DNA of 64,000 nucleotides from Chlorokybus atmophyticus (lineage: Eukaryota > Plantae > Mesostigma and Chlorokybus algae). The notes under the pieces are model-generated. The model ran no database searches. It was not told the origin of the DNA and saw only the letters and a list, made by a program, of their open reading frames with translations. The stretch lies in NCBI GenBank assembly GCA_009103225.1, contig RHPI01002048.1:105712-169711 (forward strand), in the 5' to 3' direction. Positions 12,602 through 24,968 of this stretch are shown here, one piece after another (the stretch's first letter is position 1; the number at the start of each line of letters is the position of its first letter). The position numbers and the translations under genes are program-made.

Positions 12602-14681
12602 GTGCCATGCATTGCATCATGTCACAATTTGCATGTTGGAATGAGGGACTGCAGCGCTGCAGCAGACATGATGGGACTACCACGCATCCTAGCTGAACCT
12701 GCTCTGAAGTTGCATCTGCCCCCGAGTCTTCAACAAAGCTGGCAACCCCCTGTCATCCGCTGGCGATACAGGGAGACTATGGGTCAAGTCATATGCAATC
12801 GTTCATTAATTGCATTGCGTGTGTCTTTTTCGGAGCAACAGTCCGTGGTCCAAGCAGAGTGCTTGTGCGTACAGTCAACATACCAACAGTATGTGCATAC
12901 CCAGTTGCAGCACGTTGTGACATGTGACTATGCTCTCATGCAATCTGCGACACTGCGCCAGCTACTAACAGCAGGAACAAAGTATCGTCCCCCTGCTGCT
13001 GCTTGTGTGACCGCCTGTACTTCGTCTATCATTCGAGGCGTTTATGATTACGCAGATGGCTTTGCTGCAGGTACAGGTTGCAACACCATACTGGCAGCGT
13101 GGGCAGATGCAGTAGCAGCACGGGTGCGCATAGCTGCTGCTGAGATCAATCCCACCCCACAGCCAGGGCTGGCAACTGCACCTCCTCCTGCATATACCGC
13201 CTCAGATCGTCACCTGGTCCGTGCCCTTCATGATGGTTGGGTGTTCACAGATGTGGACAAATGCAATGGTGTCCTTGCCATTCTGTGCAAAGCATATTAC
13301 TTGACCCTGATGCACGCTGAACTTCTGACGGCTACTTATGAGCTGGTGCTGGATGAGCCTCGCACACAGGTGCTACATCGCCACAAAGCCTTCTGTAACT
13401 CTCTGGGTTACAAGTCATCACCTCACGCTGCACAACGGCTTCCCCACCTGTACATGACCCTAAAGCTACACAAGGACCCACCGAAACCCCGATGGATTGC
13501 TGCTGCATACAATACATCACTATCAGTCATCAGTGTGTGGCTGACACGCACATACAAGATACTGTCACCAGTGTTTGATGAACTGTGGGCAAGTTCTGTA
13601 GGTGTGCAAGGTGTGACCAAGAGCTGGGTGCTGCAAGACTCATTGGGTGTACAAGGCCTGCTACAACACTGGAACACCAGCCGCTCAACCGCAGATAAGC
13701 TTGTGCCGGTGTACATGCACTCATATGATTTCACAAACTTGTACACGAACATTGCACATGCAGATCTGCTGGCGTGCATGACAGAGTTGGTGAATGAGTT
13801 GTTTGTGTATGCTGCAAGCTCACACAGAGGGTCCACTGTGCTAAAACTGACATTTGCCAAGGGTGTGCTGCAGCACCAGTGGGTGCGACCCAAACCAACC
13901 CACAAGGATACAGCAAGCGTGAAATTCTACACAGCACAGTCCATGTCAATGCTGCTAGAGTACTTGCTGGCTAACTTGTTCGTGAGTACAGCAGGTGATC
14001 AGCTCCACAAGCAAGCCATTGGAATACCCATGGGAAACAATGCAGGGGTCTACCTGGCTAACCTATACCTGGGTTCCAAGGAGCTCAAGTTCATACGCAA
14101 TCTGAAAGTCAACGAGTCAGAAACTCAACTGCGCCTGTGGTGTAACTCAGTGCTACGGTATGTTGATGATGTCTTGGTGCTGGGGCTGCCTGACTTTGTA
14201 TCAGTCATGTATAAGGGAGACGTTGTGCTGGGTGGGGGATCTACCCACCACAGACCCTGACACTCACCCAGTTAACAGCGGGCACTTCCATACACTTTCT
14301 AGATATGACACTGTTTCAACCCAAGATGTTGGCTTATGCTCACGAACGTACTGCAAGCTCAATGACAGGCAGTTCGCGGGCATTCCACGACGCCGTGCAC
14401 CACACCCACACACAAACATTGCCAAGCAAGCGAAGATGGGGGTGATAGTGTCGCAATGCATCCGTTTTCTCAGATTGGATGCCTACTGTGCACACTTTGT
14501 GCAAGACATGCTGGCGCTTCTCACTGCCATGCATGCCGAGGGCTACGCGAAGAGCACACTGTTGGCAAAGTGGAGGAGGTGGATGTACGCACAGAGAGGG
14601 CAAGTCTACGACAACACACACCAATACCTATTCAAGCTGGTGTGTGCACGATGGCAGTCCAAATCAGCAACAAACAGGTAA
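12602..14681 (+). mobile_element. Penelope-like retroelement RT, Naiad/Chlamys type, 5'-truncated, two frameshifts
   Basis: CLC...QHVVTCD...LRQLLTAGTKYRP, DKCNGVLAILCKAYY, PHLYMTLKLHK..KPRWI, YDFTNLYTNIAH, GIPMG..AGVYLANLYL and RYVDD. Frameshifts near 14235 (G run, giving GIYP...HFLD) and ~14320 lead into the thumb (KMGVIVSQCIRFLR...EGY). No GIY-YIG seen. Confidence 0.85.
12630..12651 (+). repeat. 22-bp direct repeat, left copy (candidate TSD of the PLE)
   Basis: TGCATGTTGGAATGAGGGACTG is identical at 14805-14826. Confidence 0.8.
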
Positions 14682-14804
14682 GTGAGGTAAGAAGGTGGTA
14701 AGTATGTGTGGGGAGCAGTATGACACTGCCCGCATGTATGTCGAGGGCAATGCATGTAATTGCTGTAATTCGTAATATTCAGTGCGGGTAGACTTATGCT
14801 GGTA

Positions 14805-14826
14805 TGCATGTTGGAATGAGGGACTG
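14805..14826 (+). repeat. 22-bp direct repeat, right copy
   Basis: Identical to 12630-12651. Confidence 0.8.
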
Positions 14827-16108
14827 GAATCATGTCATGACTGCTACAGAGCGCTGAGTCAGGGCTACAGTGAGCCAAAGCTGCAATGCAGCCATTTCAA
14901 GCTGGCATTCGCACTGCAAATGGCCTGTCTAAGCTAAACTGGGCCCTAGCAGTCAGGTGTAAGACCAGAAGGCGAGGATGGTGGCAGCATAACCCTCCGC
15001 GGGCGCAGAGCTGGAGCGGGGGCCAAGTGTCTAGGCGTCCATCAGTCCACGCTTGCCGCTGCTGTCCAAGGCCCGGTCTCACCTCTTTTCTGCTCTCCCC
15101 CTGCGTACTGCAGGTTGCTACCCTCTTCCCTTGCCGTTCCAATGCTTGCACCCCACACCGTCGCTGCCTGAGGGTCTAGCTTATTAGTGTCACGTCTAGG
15201 CTAGAGTCTTAGCTCTACCTTGGCCCCCGCCTAATTTATTGCTCTGACTGTGTGTGCTCATACTCGTGTGCGTGCATGCTTGCTCTATGGTTTGCCTTGT
15301 GCATACATTTGTTTCTCAGAGCGTGCTTCGCGCAGCTCTGCTGTAAGTTATGTGACGTTTGGCATCACACGATTGGCTGACCCTCAATGTTAAACCTTTC
15401 TTTTTTACCAAAATGCACACACTACATCTTGGCAACTACAATTGCTTAGCTGCTGTGTGTACATGCCCCACCACCCAACCCCACCGAAATCGTGTGCTAC
15501 GGAGGCATAGAGCCTGCGCGGGGAGCACTGCTAACATATGCAATGCATAGTGAGGGTTGCACTGAAGGGAGAGGGGAGCTGAGTGGCGGGCAGCAAACGC
15601 GGAGCTGCTCTCGACGAAGGCGGAGGGGGAGGGTTTGGGAGCCATTGCTGCTGCACTTGTGACCATGCTTGCCAACAACTTGTGTCTGCTTAGTGACTAG
15701 GCCTATGATGTGCAGGTGATTATTGCGTATGCATGCTCCATGACTAAAGCGTGTTAGTGATTGTGTTGGTAGCAATGTAAATGGAGTTGTTTTGCCCGGT
15801 TGTCAGCATAAAATCATGGTTGCTGCTGCATGTATGTCGCGCCCATGCTTGTACTACGCATGTGCAGACTATGCATAGGCAGGTGCACTCCACATTTATG
15901 TGTATATCAACCTCAAACGCTCACCCCTGTTCATATGATGCGGATTGTAAGTGTGCTTAACCACTAGCTTCATTGCAATCAGAACGTAAACGTAGCGCAC
16001 ATGATGCAGAGCTAGCTCTGGCCTAACCCCGCAAGTGCTTCCTCCTCAAGCTGAGGTGCGCCAACCTCAATGTCTGTACATAGGCAAGCACCACTACTCG
16101 AACACTAG

Positions 16109-18210
16109 TCAAATGATAGTCCAGTCATCATGTCCATCCCTATCTTTAGCATCTGACTGGTCCCAAGACTCATCGGCCCAGTCAGTAGCCTGCGCAAAAT
16201 CTTTATGCGTGGACGTGTCTTGCACAGTAAACACTGGAGCGCCTTGTGAAGTTGCCACCAATTCCTTGGCGCTCGCGCAGAAGCTCTCAAAGTCCGCCGG
16301 ATCTCTTATGTAGAACCCAAGGGCCACAGACGGGTCAATCTCCGCCAGAGGCATGTGCCTCACATCACTGCGACATAAGGGCAACTACTTAGGGGCACAC
16401 AATGCACATGCACATACATGCATGCGCACACACAACACCAGGCGCAATATACCTGCAGAAGTATAATGGAGTGTCATTTTCGAGAGCGTCTGCTTTTGTT
16501 GCAACTTGCACTTCATGCGGGTCAAGGAACAGCACGTGGTCTCCTCTTGTGCCAACAAAGTAGTGGCTGCGCTCGGGCTTGCCGCCAACCGCGCCGGTGG
16601 ATTGCGGGAACGAAAGCGCTTGCCGCAGGAGGGGAACGTAGTGAGGGTTGACTGTGGCGCCCGTGCCAAGCAGTACAGGGATGACCAGCAGCACAGCCCT
16701 CCAGCTACCACCAGAGCCTGCTTGCATGGACATGCATGCATCAACTCGCATATGCATCATCACTAGGATAGCAAGGTTCAACCCCGCGAAACGCTGTCAT
16801 TGAACACCTGTGGGCATTGCCCACGCACAGGTGGTGGAGACGCGTACCTGTGCAGGACTGCAAGATTTTGTCAATGCACAGTGCTGGCGCGCCTCCTCTG
16901 CCATCCTCAGCCTCGCCAGCCACAACATGGACCAGTACTGACTGTGCCAGTGAGTCTGGTGCAGCTGCAGAGCACGGCAAATAAACTGTTATCCTATGAC
17001 AAGGGGTGGGGCAACTGGCACCAACTTCGTGCCCACACTCACCTGCAAGAGATGCAGCTTCCATCGCTTTGCACAATGCATACGGACCGAGCCAAGCGCC
17101 AGCACGAACGCCATGTGGCGCTCCATAGTGTACAAGGTTATGTATTGAATAAGGGTGTGCCAAGCCTGGGGCATCAAGAAATAATCTGATAATGGGCAGA
17201 AGCGCCTGGACATCTACATTGCGGCGCCAGGTGCGTCCTAGTTGGTGCGTCAGCAAGGCCTGCCATTGATACACTGAAGCTTAGCTACTTTACAACTGCA
17301 GGCATGATCACTGTGCATGTTGCCAACCAGGTCTACATTTGCAACGCCTATTCACCCATGGATAAACACCCACCATGGCACTGTATCAATGACCAAAAGC
17401 TTTACCTGTCCAAGTAACATCTGTCCGCTTCGCAGCATGCACCCCCACCCGACATCACTTGTAAGCTCTGTGCCTGCTATCACCTCAAAGTCTACAGAAC
17501 AGAAACAAGCGTGTCAGCACAGCAACCAGCGGTACGGCGGCCCTGCTGAAGTGTATGCTTCTATTGTAATTCGAGCGCGGGGTCCAAAACACTAGGATCA
17601 GAGCACCAAAACAGCAGAAGCAGGATTCAGAAAGTTTGAAGGCGCTGACATACCTCGTCGGTAAGTAAACCTAAGCCGGGATGTGAAGTCCCGGTAAAAT
17701 GCGGCAAGTGCAGTGCCGTCTTCAGCGTCGTCCTTATCATTGCCGGGCTCAGAGCCTTTCTCAACCGCAGCGGTTGCTTCCTGGTCTCTGCTTGCTGGGA
17801 CAGCTATATCAATGTTGTAAGGAACTCCCAGCAGGTGCAGCGGCCCGTCACACAGAGGGATGCCGGAGGTATCGCTACTGCTCCCCCTTGAGAATAATTC
17901 CTGTGACCGTAGCATGAAAGCACTTGTCATCCGGTGATGACAAAACACGGCCCTCTCTTGCCGGCACAACCAAGAAGGCAGGCGTATGTCTCCAGAAAAA
18001 ACCAAGCGCCCACGTGACACAGTGCACATGCATCATTACTGCAGAAGCTGCTACTTTCAACAATTCACAAGCATTTCAACCATGAAGACTATATATGACG
18101 CGCAACATCAAGCGAAATCCAAGCAGCGCACTGCTGCTTGTGGCTACCCAAAAGCTGCGTGCAGGCAAGCTCAGCTCAGCTCAGCTCACCGTCAGTCGGT
18201 GGAGCGGCAT
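16109..18210 (-). CDS. ATG4: Cysteine protease ATG4 (peptidase C54), multi-exon
   Basis: [15 protein letters not shown]; catalytic [18 protein letters not shown] (~17405-17460); HPYSIH; [20 protein letters not shown]; LFLDPH; [10 protein letters not shown]; C-terminal LIR-like DDWTII*. The start codon (18210) is tentative. Confidence 0.93.
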
Positions 18211-19433
18211 GCGAACCGAAGGAGGCAGCCGCAGAAGCAAAGCCCGCGCCAGCCTTCGGCAGCCTCGTTGGCCTTCCAGTGTTGTTACTTGCTGCTGCTA
18301 TTCCTTACCACCGCAACACCTGATAAGCTATCCAGCAACTACCCCTCTTTACCCTCTTTACCAATGCCCCCTGCTCCTTCCCACACGCCCTATGGAACAA
18401 GTCACAGCCTCAAACATGCCCGCCTCAGCAAGCAAAGCTCCTGGCAGCTTCATGCTTTGCGTAGGGCAGACCAGCACAGTAATGTAAAGCACAGCAGGGC
18501 GGGGAATTGAGGGAGGTGTCGCTTTCAAGCTGCAAGTCTAGCGTCGCTCTACGGCTGTCGCCCCGCCAAAGCAGCAATTCCGCAGAGGCGGCTAACCTCC
18601 AACGTTCTGAAAGTCGCCAGCTCCCCGGCGCGGTGTTCACAACGGCAACAAGAATAACGACACCAACGACGGCAACGCTGACGCCGTCCTCCTTACACGC
18701 TGGCGCAGCTGCTGCCACGCACGTGGTTACAACTAACCGCTCCTTCCAACTTCAACCTAACGGAGTTTCAAACTCTCCAAGCATCTCTGGAGAAACCGTA
18801 CAGCGCAGCACAGAAGCAGCTTTCAAGTACAGTGCTGCTTGCGTTGGCCGCGGCATACAGTGTATGACACTGGTCACGATGACACTACCGCGGCACGGTT
18901 TAGCAGGCGGCGGCGCAGGCGGCGGTGGCGGCAGTGGTGTAGTTGAGGCCGGGTGTCTCCGCTGTCTCGGCAGTGGCTCCCGACAAGGCTTCCTCAACTT
19001 GTATCCTGCAGGTGAGAAAAGCGGTCGTGTGCAGTTGTTGTATGGTGGGGCCGACTGTGCCTTGGACATGCTGCTGCATGCCGGTGGCGTGGCCGAGGCA
19101 ACCCGCTTTTCTGCTAAGAACCGCCTCGCCTGCGCCTGTGGCTACGCACAATCCAGATGTGGCTGGCTGCAGCTTTCCATGCACGCTGATCGCTTCTGAA
19201 AGCGGTTTGGTTTTCAGACAAGGCATGGTTGTCAGTGGCATGCCGGAGCAGCTGTAGCTTCTGGCTTGCAGCAATGCTTGGCAGGCTTTGGAACGTGTGC
19301 ATTGTTGCTACGCTTACAGGAGCTTGAAGCAATTGTTGATGGCTCCTGTCTGTCTGTGCCCGTTTCTTGCTTGCAGGGGTGTCGAGGCACCACCCCTTGA
19401 ACAAAAAAACACTTCTTCTCCAAGCATCCGGCG

Positions 19434-21499
19434 ATGGAGAACATGGAAGAGGGCAATGCAAATGGTCAGTCCTCCAAGCCTGCCAAGAACGGCATTGCAA
19501 CTGAAGCTGCCTACAATGATGTCCCAGACTCACTTACGGTAAGTTCTGCCGAGTGATGCATGCTCAGGAAACTTGCAGTGTGTGGCCATGCACTCATGCT
19601 ACTACTGGAATTGAGGTGTCTTTCGCTGCTTGTCAACAGCAACTGCCTTTGGCCTGCTTCGTGCAATTAGTGTGAGAGGCAGCTGACGAGAGTTTTTTGT
19701 GCAGGTGCGCAAGCTGCAGCGGCGTGTCTCTTTCCAGCGTATTGCCCTCATGCTGCTGGGTCTCATTGCCGCGGTACTTCTGGCGTTGACCATCTGGCTG
19801 GCGGTCATCCGTCATGAGTAAGCAGACGACCTCACGAACATGTCATAACTTGCAGGCTTCAGTCACAATGTTCACAATTGGGTCTCTTGCAGCTATGCGT
19901 CAAAAGACCGCCTCAACTATGCGCTGAATGGCGTGGTTTTGTCCGCTGATCCACGCACCAATGTTGACAACTACATTTATGGCGGAAGCATGTTTGCTGG
20001 CAGCGGCTTCTGGGCTCAGCGCATCACCATGCCCGGTAAGGCTACCACAAGTTCGTCTCCATGACAACTGCCTCCTCGCTTTCTGTATGCTAACAGTCTT
20101 TGCACTGTATTGCTTGCAGAGGCGCGAAGTGACTTTGCAGCATTACCTGTGGGTGGCTACATCTACATCATAGGCGGTGCCGACAGTGACGGCAACGTAA
20201 TGGACACCGTGTTGCGGTACGATCCGCTGCTGCATGAGTACCAGCCCATGGCAAGCTTGCTCACTCCACGCTGGCGCTTTGGGGCAACCGAGCTGAATGG
20301 TGCGCCAAGAAAACAAGCCGAATTCCTTCTCTTTGATTGTCCGTGCGCAAAACAGCACTAAATACTCGTATCGACCTTCAGGCCTCATTTACATTGTTGG
20401 AGGGTACGTTGGCACCAGCGATGCTTTACAGGATGCCTCCGTTGAGGTCTATGATATAGCGAATAATAGAAGCTCTGCGGGGCCCTCACTAAATGTTCAA
20501 CGCGGTGACAATTGCGCTGCTACCGCAAACGGCAAGGTATGCTGCTGCTACTGGATATATTCATGGGGTTGTTGTTGCCGTCAACTTGTTCGTGCCCCGT
20601 TCACGCTGCAGGTGTACACATTTGGTGGGTACGGCTATGAATATGCAGACACGCTCAACAGCACGGAACAGCTTGACCCGGCCACTGGCAAGTGGTCGTT
20701 GGTCGCTGAGATGCCAACCCCACGTGGCGATGTTGTCTGCCTTGGGCTTTCATCAACGAATAAGATCTACGTCGTTGGTGGCTTCTATGTGAGTGCAACC
20801 TGTCCTGCATCTTGGCAGCGTCGTTGCAAACACATTTCTCGCCCGCAACGCTCACTGTTATGTGTTGACAGGACCCCACCAATCAATTCAGCCCCAGTAG
20901 TTTTCTCAACACTATGGATATATACGACCCTGTCCAGGACAATTGGTCCCCTGGTGCAAACATGAGCGCAGTGCGCGGGGACGCGGTAGGGGCTTAAGAA
21001 TGTACAACCGTTGCTCTGGCATGCAGTACTAGATGAATGCGGGCACATGCATGCATGTGCATGCAGAGTGTGTTTAGCCACTGACATTGATGTTTTTGCA
21101 GGGACTTGCAACAACACCTAGTGGAGACCTGATGGTTGCTGGAGGTGAGACGCACGACGGCGAGCAGTATACACAGATTCCGCAGCACAGTGTTGAGGTC
21201 AGTTTCCGACTTGCTTTATTGTATGGAGGGTTTCATGGTTGCTGCTCGGTGGTCACCAACGGCGTGTGCAGGTGTACTATCCCAAGTGGGACGTTTGGGT
21301 ACCCAAGGCGCCGTTAGGCACGGCACGCTTCCGTCATGCCCTTGCGAGCGCGTATGACTCCATCTACGCATTTGGCGGGCAGGAAGTATGTCCAACAGGT
21401 AACTGCAGCGCCACGGCTCTGTCCACAGTCGAGAACTTCCTGGATGCGTTCCACACGGAAGTCTTCATCAATGTTCGCGCCAGTGATGCTGTTGTCTAG
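19434..21499 (+). CDS. Type II membrane-anchored Kelch-repeat (beta-propeller) protein, ~9 exons
   Basis: Spliced product: short N-tail, TM RIALMLLGLIAAVLLALTIWLAV, then about six Kelch repeats (IYIIGG, IYIVGG, VYTFGG, IYVVGG, LMVAGG, IYAFGG, with W..VAEMPTPR-type ends). Confidence 0.85.
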
Positions 21500-22214
21500 G
21501 CAGCATAGTAGCCCATTCGTTGACTGTTGCGAGTACAACAGCACAACTAATGTAGTACACTTGGCGCTGCTCTGGCATTAACAGCCATAGTGCGTGTGTC
21601 TTCCGCACTGACCGTGCCAGTTGTGATTGATCATACAGTGAAGTCTCTCACAGTCTCGCTCAACAGTTGTTGTGCACTTTGAGTGCTACTTCTTGCTGTT
21701 TGGCTGCCAGCGTTGTGCTTGTTCTGTTCTCTGTAGCCTTGCATGTGTGCCATGCAGCATGCTGGCCTCAAAGGAGGCAATCGAACCATTGGAGATGTTT
21801 AGTAAACGGGCACAGCTGTAAACAACTGTGCACCGAACAGAAGCATGTACACCTCTACCTCCATACCCTGACAACATTGCAAATGCAGGCATACAATTCC
21901 GTTGTGCATTGTTTGAACATCACATGCGCAAGGCAGCAGCTGCTCTTGGTGTTGAATAACATGGTCATTCACGTGTAGTCGCTGAACGTTATCGTGACTG
22001 CAACTCTGACTGGATTTGGTAGCATAGCAGTGCAAGGATTGCAGAGTGTCTTTGTGCATGCGATTGTATACGGGTCGCTACAGCTTCACCAACTGCAGAG
22101 TAGCAGCCAACCACATCGACTACATAGCAAGTGCCGCGTTCAAACTGCCGCGAGAAGGCGCCTTGCTTTAACGTTACGCTCCCTATGCCCAAGTCTCCTG
22201 AGGCAGCCCGGCGC

Positions 22215-22984
22215 ATGGCGGCGGTGAGGATGGCGGCGTCGGCGTGGTGCAGCGGAGGCACGCCGCTGTCGGTGGGCAGCATGCCGCCTGTAGCCCTTCT
22301 CAGTGGCCTCGGGCGGCGACGGAGCTGCAGCCTGCTCTGCAAGGGCATCAGCAAGGGCGGCAGTAGGATGGATCAGCTGCAGCTGCTGACTCTAGGCAAA
22401 CAGCAGTTGGCTTCTCCTTGCTTCTGCAGCTATGAGGAAGCGTATAAGAAGATCCGAGAGCAGCGTAAGGTGCGCAAAAGCTCTGGAAATTGACCGTTGC
22501 GAGCGTCGCAGAAGCCAAGTCCCCTCTCGTATGGCTGGTTCACTCGCTTGAATTTACGCATGCGGCCTCCGAGCGTTGCCCAAGACGTTGAAATTCTTGA
22601 AAGATTCTTTTGTATAACTGTACATTGCTACAGGTCTTTTCAACTGAACCTTGCTAGGCCAGTTGTCTTTAACGTATTGTCTTACATGCTGGTGATGTTG
22701 GTTTGCAGGCTGCCAAACAGAAGCGGGATGCCGCAAAGCGTGAGTCGACTGCGGCCGCCGAGCAGGCGGCAACATCAGCCAATGTATATACGCAACGATG
22801 AAACGGCGCTGTCATCACAACCTCACTGCATCGCCCCATGTTGGCTGATCCCTTGCTTGCAATTGGCAGCAGGCAGAACAGAAGTCAGCTGCGTTGCCTC
22901 GAGTGGTTGCACAGGTTGGAGACGTGGCTCGACTGTCATACACGGTTCACCGCCAGGACAATGGCGAGGTTGGTCTCGCAACAA

Positions 22985-23025
<41 letters not shown>

Positions 23026-24968
23026 TGAGTGGCTTTACTCTCTTCAAGGTCGGGACTAAGGCTTACAGCGTCTGGTAGTGATGGTTGACAGGAGGTTGAA
23101 TCCTCGGCCGACGTGTTACCTAGCTCGGGGGGTCTGGTTGAGGTACAACTCGGCTTAGATGCAGGTTTCACTCCCAAACAAGGTACATGCTTTTATAGAC
23201 AACATTGACATGCACACCATGTGCGCATGGTGTTGATGTGCACTTGGTAGGTCTTGCCCGGGCCATGCACGACGCTGTACTGGGCAAAGAACTTGGGGCT
23301 GTTGTGACTGTGGAGGTAAGGACTGTGGGCGCACGCGCGCCCCCCCCCACCCCCCNCCATGCTGGTACCAAACTGCCTCTTCCGTGTTGGTGGTGCTGCC
23401 ATCCTGTTGTCAAACAAGCGCAGTCTTCGGCGGCGCTCCAAGTACGAGCTCTTGCACACAGTCCGCACTCACAAGGGTGCCGATGAGAAGTGTTACACCT
23501 GTGTTTACCAGGTATGTCCATTGTGCAACAGGCCCCTACATGTGCAAGTGCATTGGTAGGCGGACAGTGCTTGTGCATGCCTGTGCAAGGCATGCATGGC
23601 AGGTTTTCTGATTGTCGTTGGTGCGCAGATGGAGGACTCTGAGGGCAACACTGGCGTGTCACTTTCCAAGGAAGTAATGGCTGTTGCTGGAGAGGCTCTG
23701 AAGACCAACATCACAACTTTGGGTCCTCTGGTGCTGCCCTTGTCAGAGCAGTTGATTTTCTTCGTTATGCTAATTGCACGGAAGATTTTGAAGATGAAGG
23801 TCAAGCCATATATCCCTGACTTCAAGCTTGCGTTTGAGCACTTTTGCATCCACGCCGGTGGTCGTGCAGTTATTGATGAGCTTGAAAAGAATTTGAGCCT
23901 CACTCCATATCAGACCGAGCCTTCTCGCAAGACCCTCTGGCGCTTTGGCAATACCTCGTCTTCCTCAATCTGGTATGAGCTGGCTTACTCGGAGGCTGCC
24001 GAACGAGTCAAGCGAGGTGACAGAGTATGGCAGATTGCATTTGGCAGTGGTTTCAAGTGCAACAGTGCTGTGTGGCGCGCACTGCGCAACATTAAGCCTT
24101 CCCCCGATAGCCCATGGGCTGACGAGGTTGGCCAGATGGCCGTTGCCGGGAAGGTTGACCTGTCATGATTGATCAAGTAACCACAGCTCGTCTGAGCATA
24201 AGCGTTGAGGACATAGCGGCACCAACTCCATGTGAGTTTTGCACACAACAATAAGCAAGCAGCGCCTTGGGTCCACTCAGGCATGACAGGCTGTAAGTGA
24301 CAGGCTGTCATGTGCAGTGACACAGCGTACATAAACAAGGAGGTAGCTACCTCAACCTAATAGGATTGTATTGACAGCTCAGACTCTGTAAGGATTGTGC
24401 TGGGCTGCTGTGGCCATGATTTTGTTCATTATTGCAGGCGATGTGTCTTGTGCAAGTTGTGCAGTCATAGTCATTCAATGCTTGCTTTCTGGACATACAC
24501 TACACCCCCCCCCCACACACACACACACCACCACGCATGAATGCCATTACGCATCTGTTTAACCTTAGTGCGTTATACTTCTCAGACATGCGCGTGGACT
24601 TCGGCGCCAGCATTGATAGTGTTGACTGCTTGTTTGTTGAACCGTGTTATTGTGTAGGCTCGACCAGCAGGGTCATGGCTGTTCAAAACAGTGGAGGCGT
24701 ATGTGAACGGGGCATTTGTGGCTACGCTCACAGCAGATGAGCAGCGAAGACCATGGGCTGATACTGTGAGCGTAATGCAACACATGGATGAGCAATATCC
24801 CTTGTGTTGCAACTTGAACATGCACTATTGCTTATGTGATGCATCATGTTCTTGTGTATGTGGCAGCCTGTTCTTGTCAAAGTGAAGGTTGTGGCGTTGG
24901 AGCCGCCACGAGGCCGGCGGTTGGGTGAAGGTGGCAAGCGGGCGTATAGTGAGTTTGGCTGCGAATGA
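22215..24968 (+). CDS. FKBP/SlyD-fold (PPIase-like) protein with putative organellar transit peptide; short exons; one intron contains the N gap and the duplicated KCS block
   Basis: Joined exons read ...[14 protein letters not shown]|[13 protein letters not shown]|[26 protein letters not shown]|[21 protein letters not shown]|[21 protein letters not shown]|[16 protein letters not shown]|[14 protein letters not shown]. This follows the FKBP/SlyD layout GD.V...Y...GE, G...G(L)..A..G..VG, HPLAG..L.F.VKVV. The first exon junction is uncertain. Confidence 0.6.
22988..23020. repeat. (CT)n microsatellite in an intron
   Basis: Direct reading. Confidence 0.95.
23357..24502 (+). repeat. Exact 1,146-bp duplicate of the KCS 3' half and 3' flank (28419-29564)
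   Basis: Constant offset of 5062 and identical ORFs in both copies. It begins immediately after the N at 23356 and is flanked by C-tracts. Confidence 0.95.

Noticed and set aside
14681-15330. Hammerhead ribozyme expected near a Penelope-like element
   Set aside because: No CTGANGA plus GAAA core found on either strand. The closest word (CTGATGG, minus strand ~15040) lacks the partner motif.
22430-22800. Ribosomal-protein-like frame [12 protein letters not shown]
   Set aside because: An alternative frame. The [12 protein letters not shown] frame links to the downstream FKBP-like exons.
23193-23340. Minus-strand protein-like frame [17 protein letters not shown]...
   Set aside because: It is the antisense of a plus-strand exon with good splice sites ([16 protein letters not shown]).
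23596-24168. Second functional KCS gene
   Set aside because: Lacks the N-terminal half and catalytic Cys, is identical to the real gene and starts at an N.
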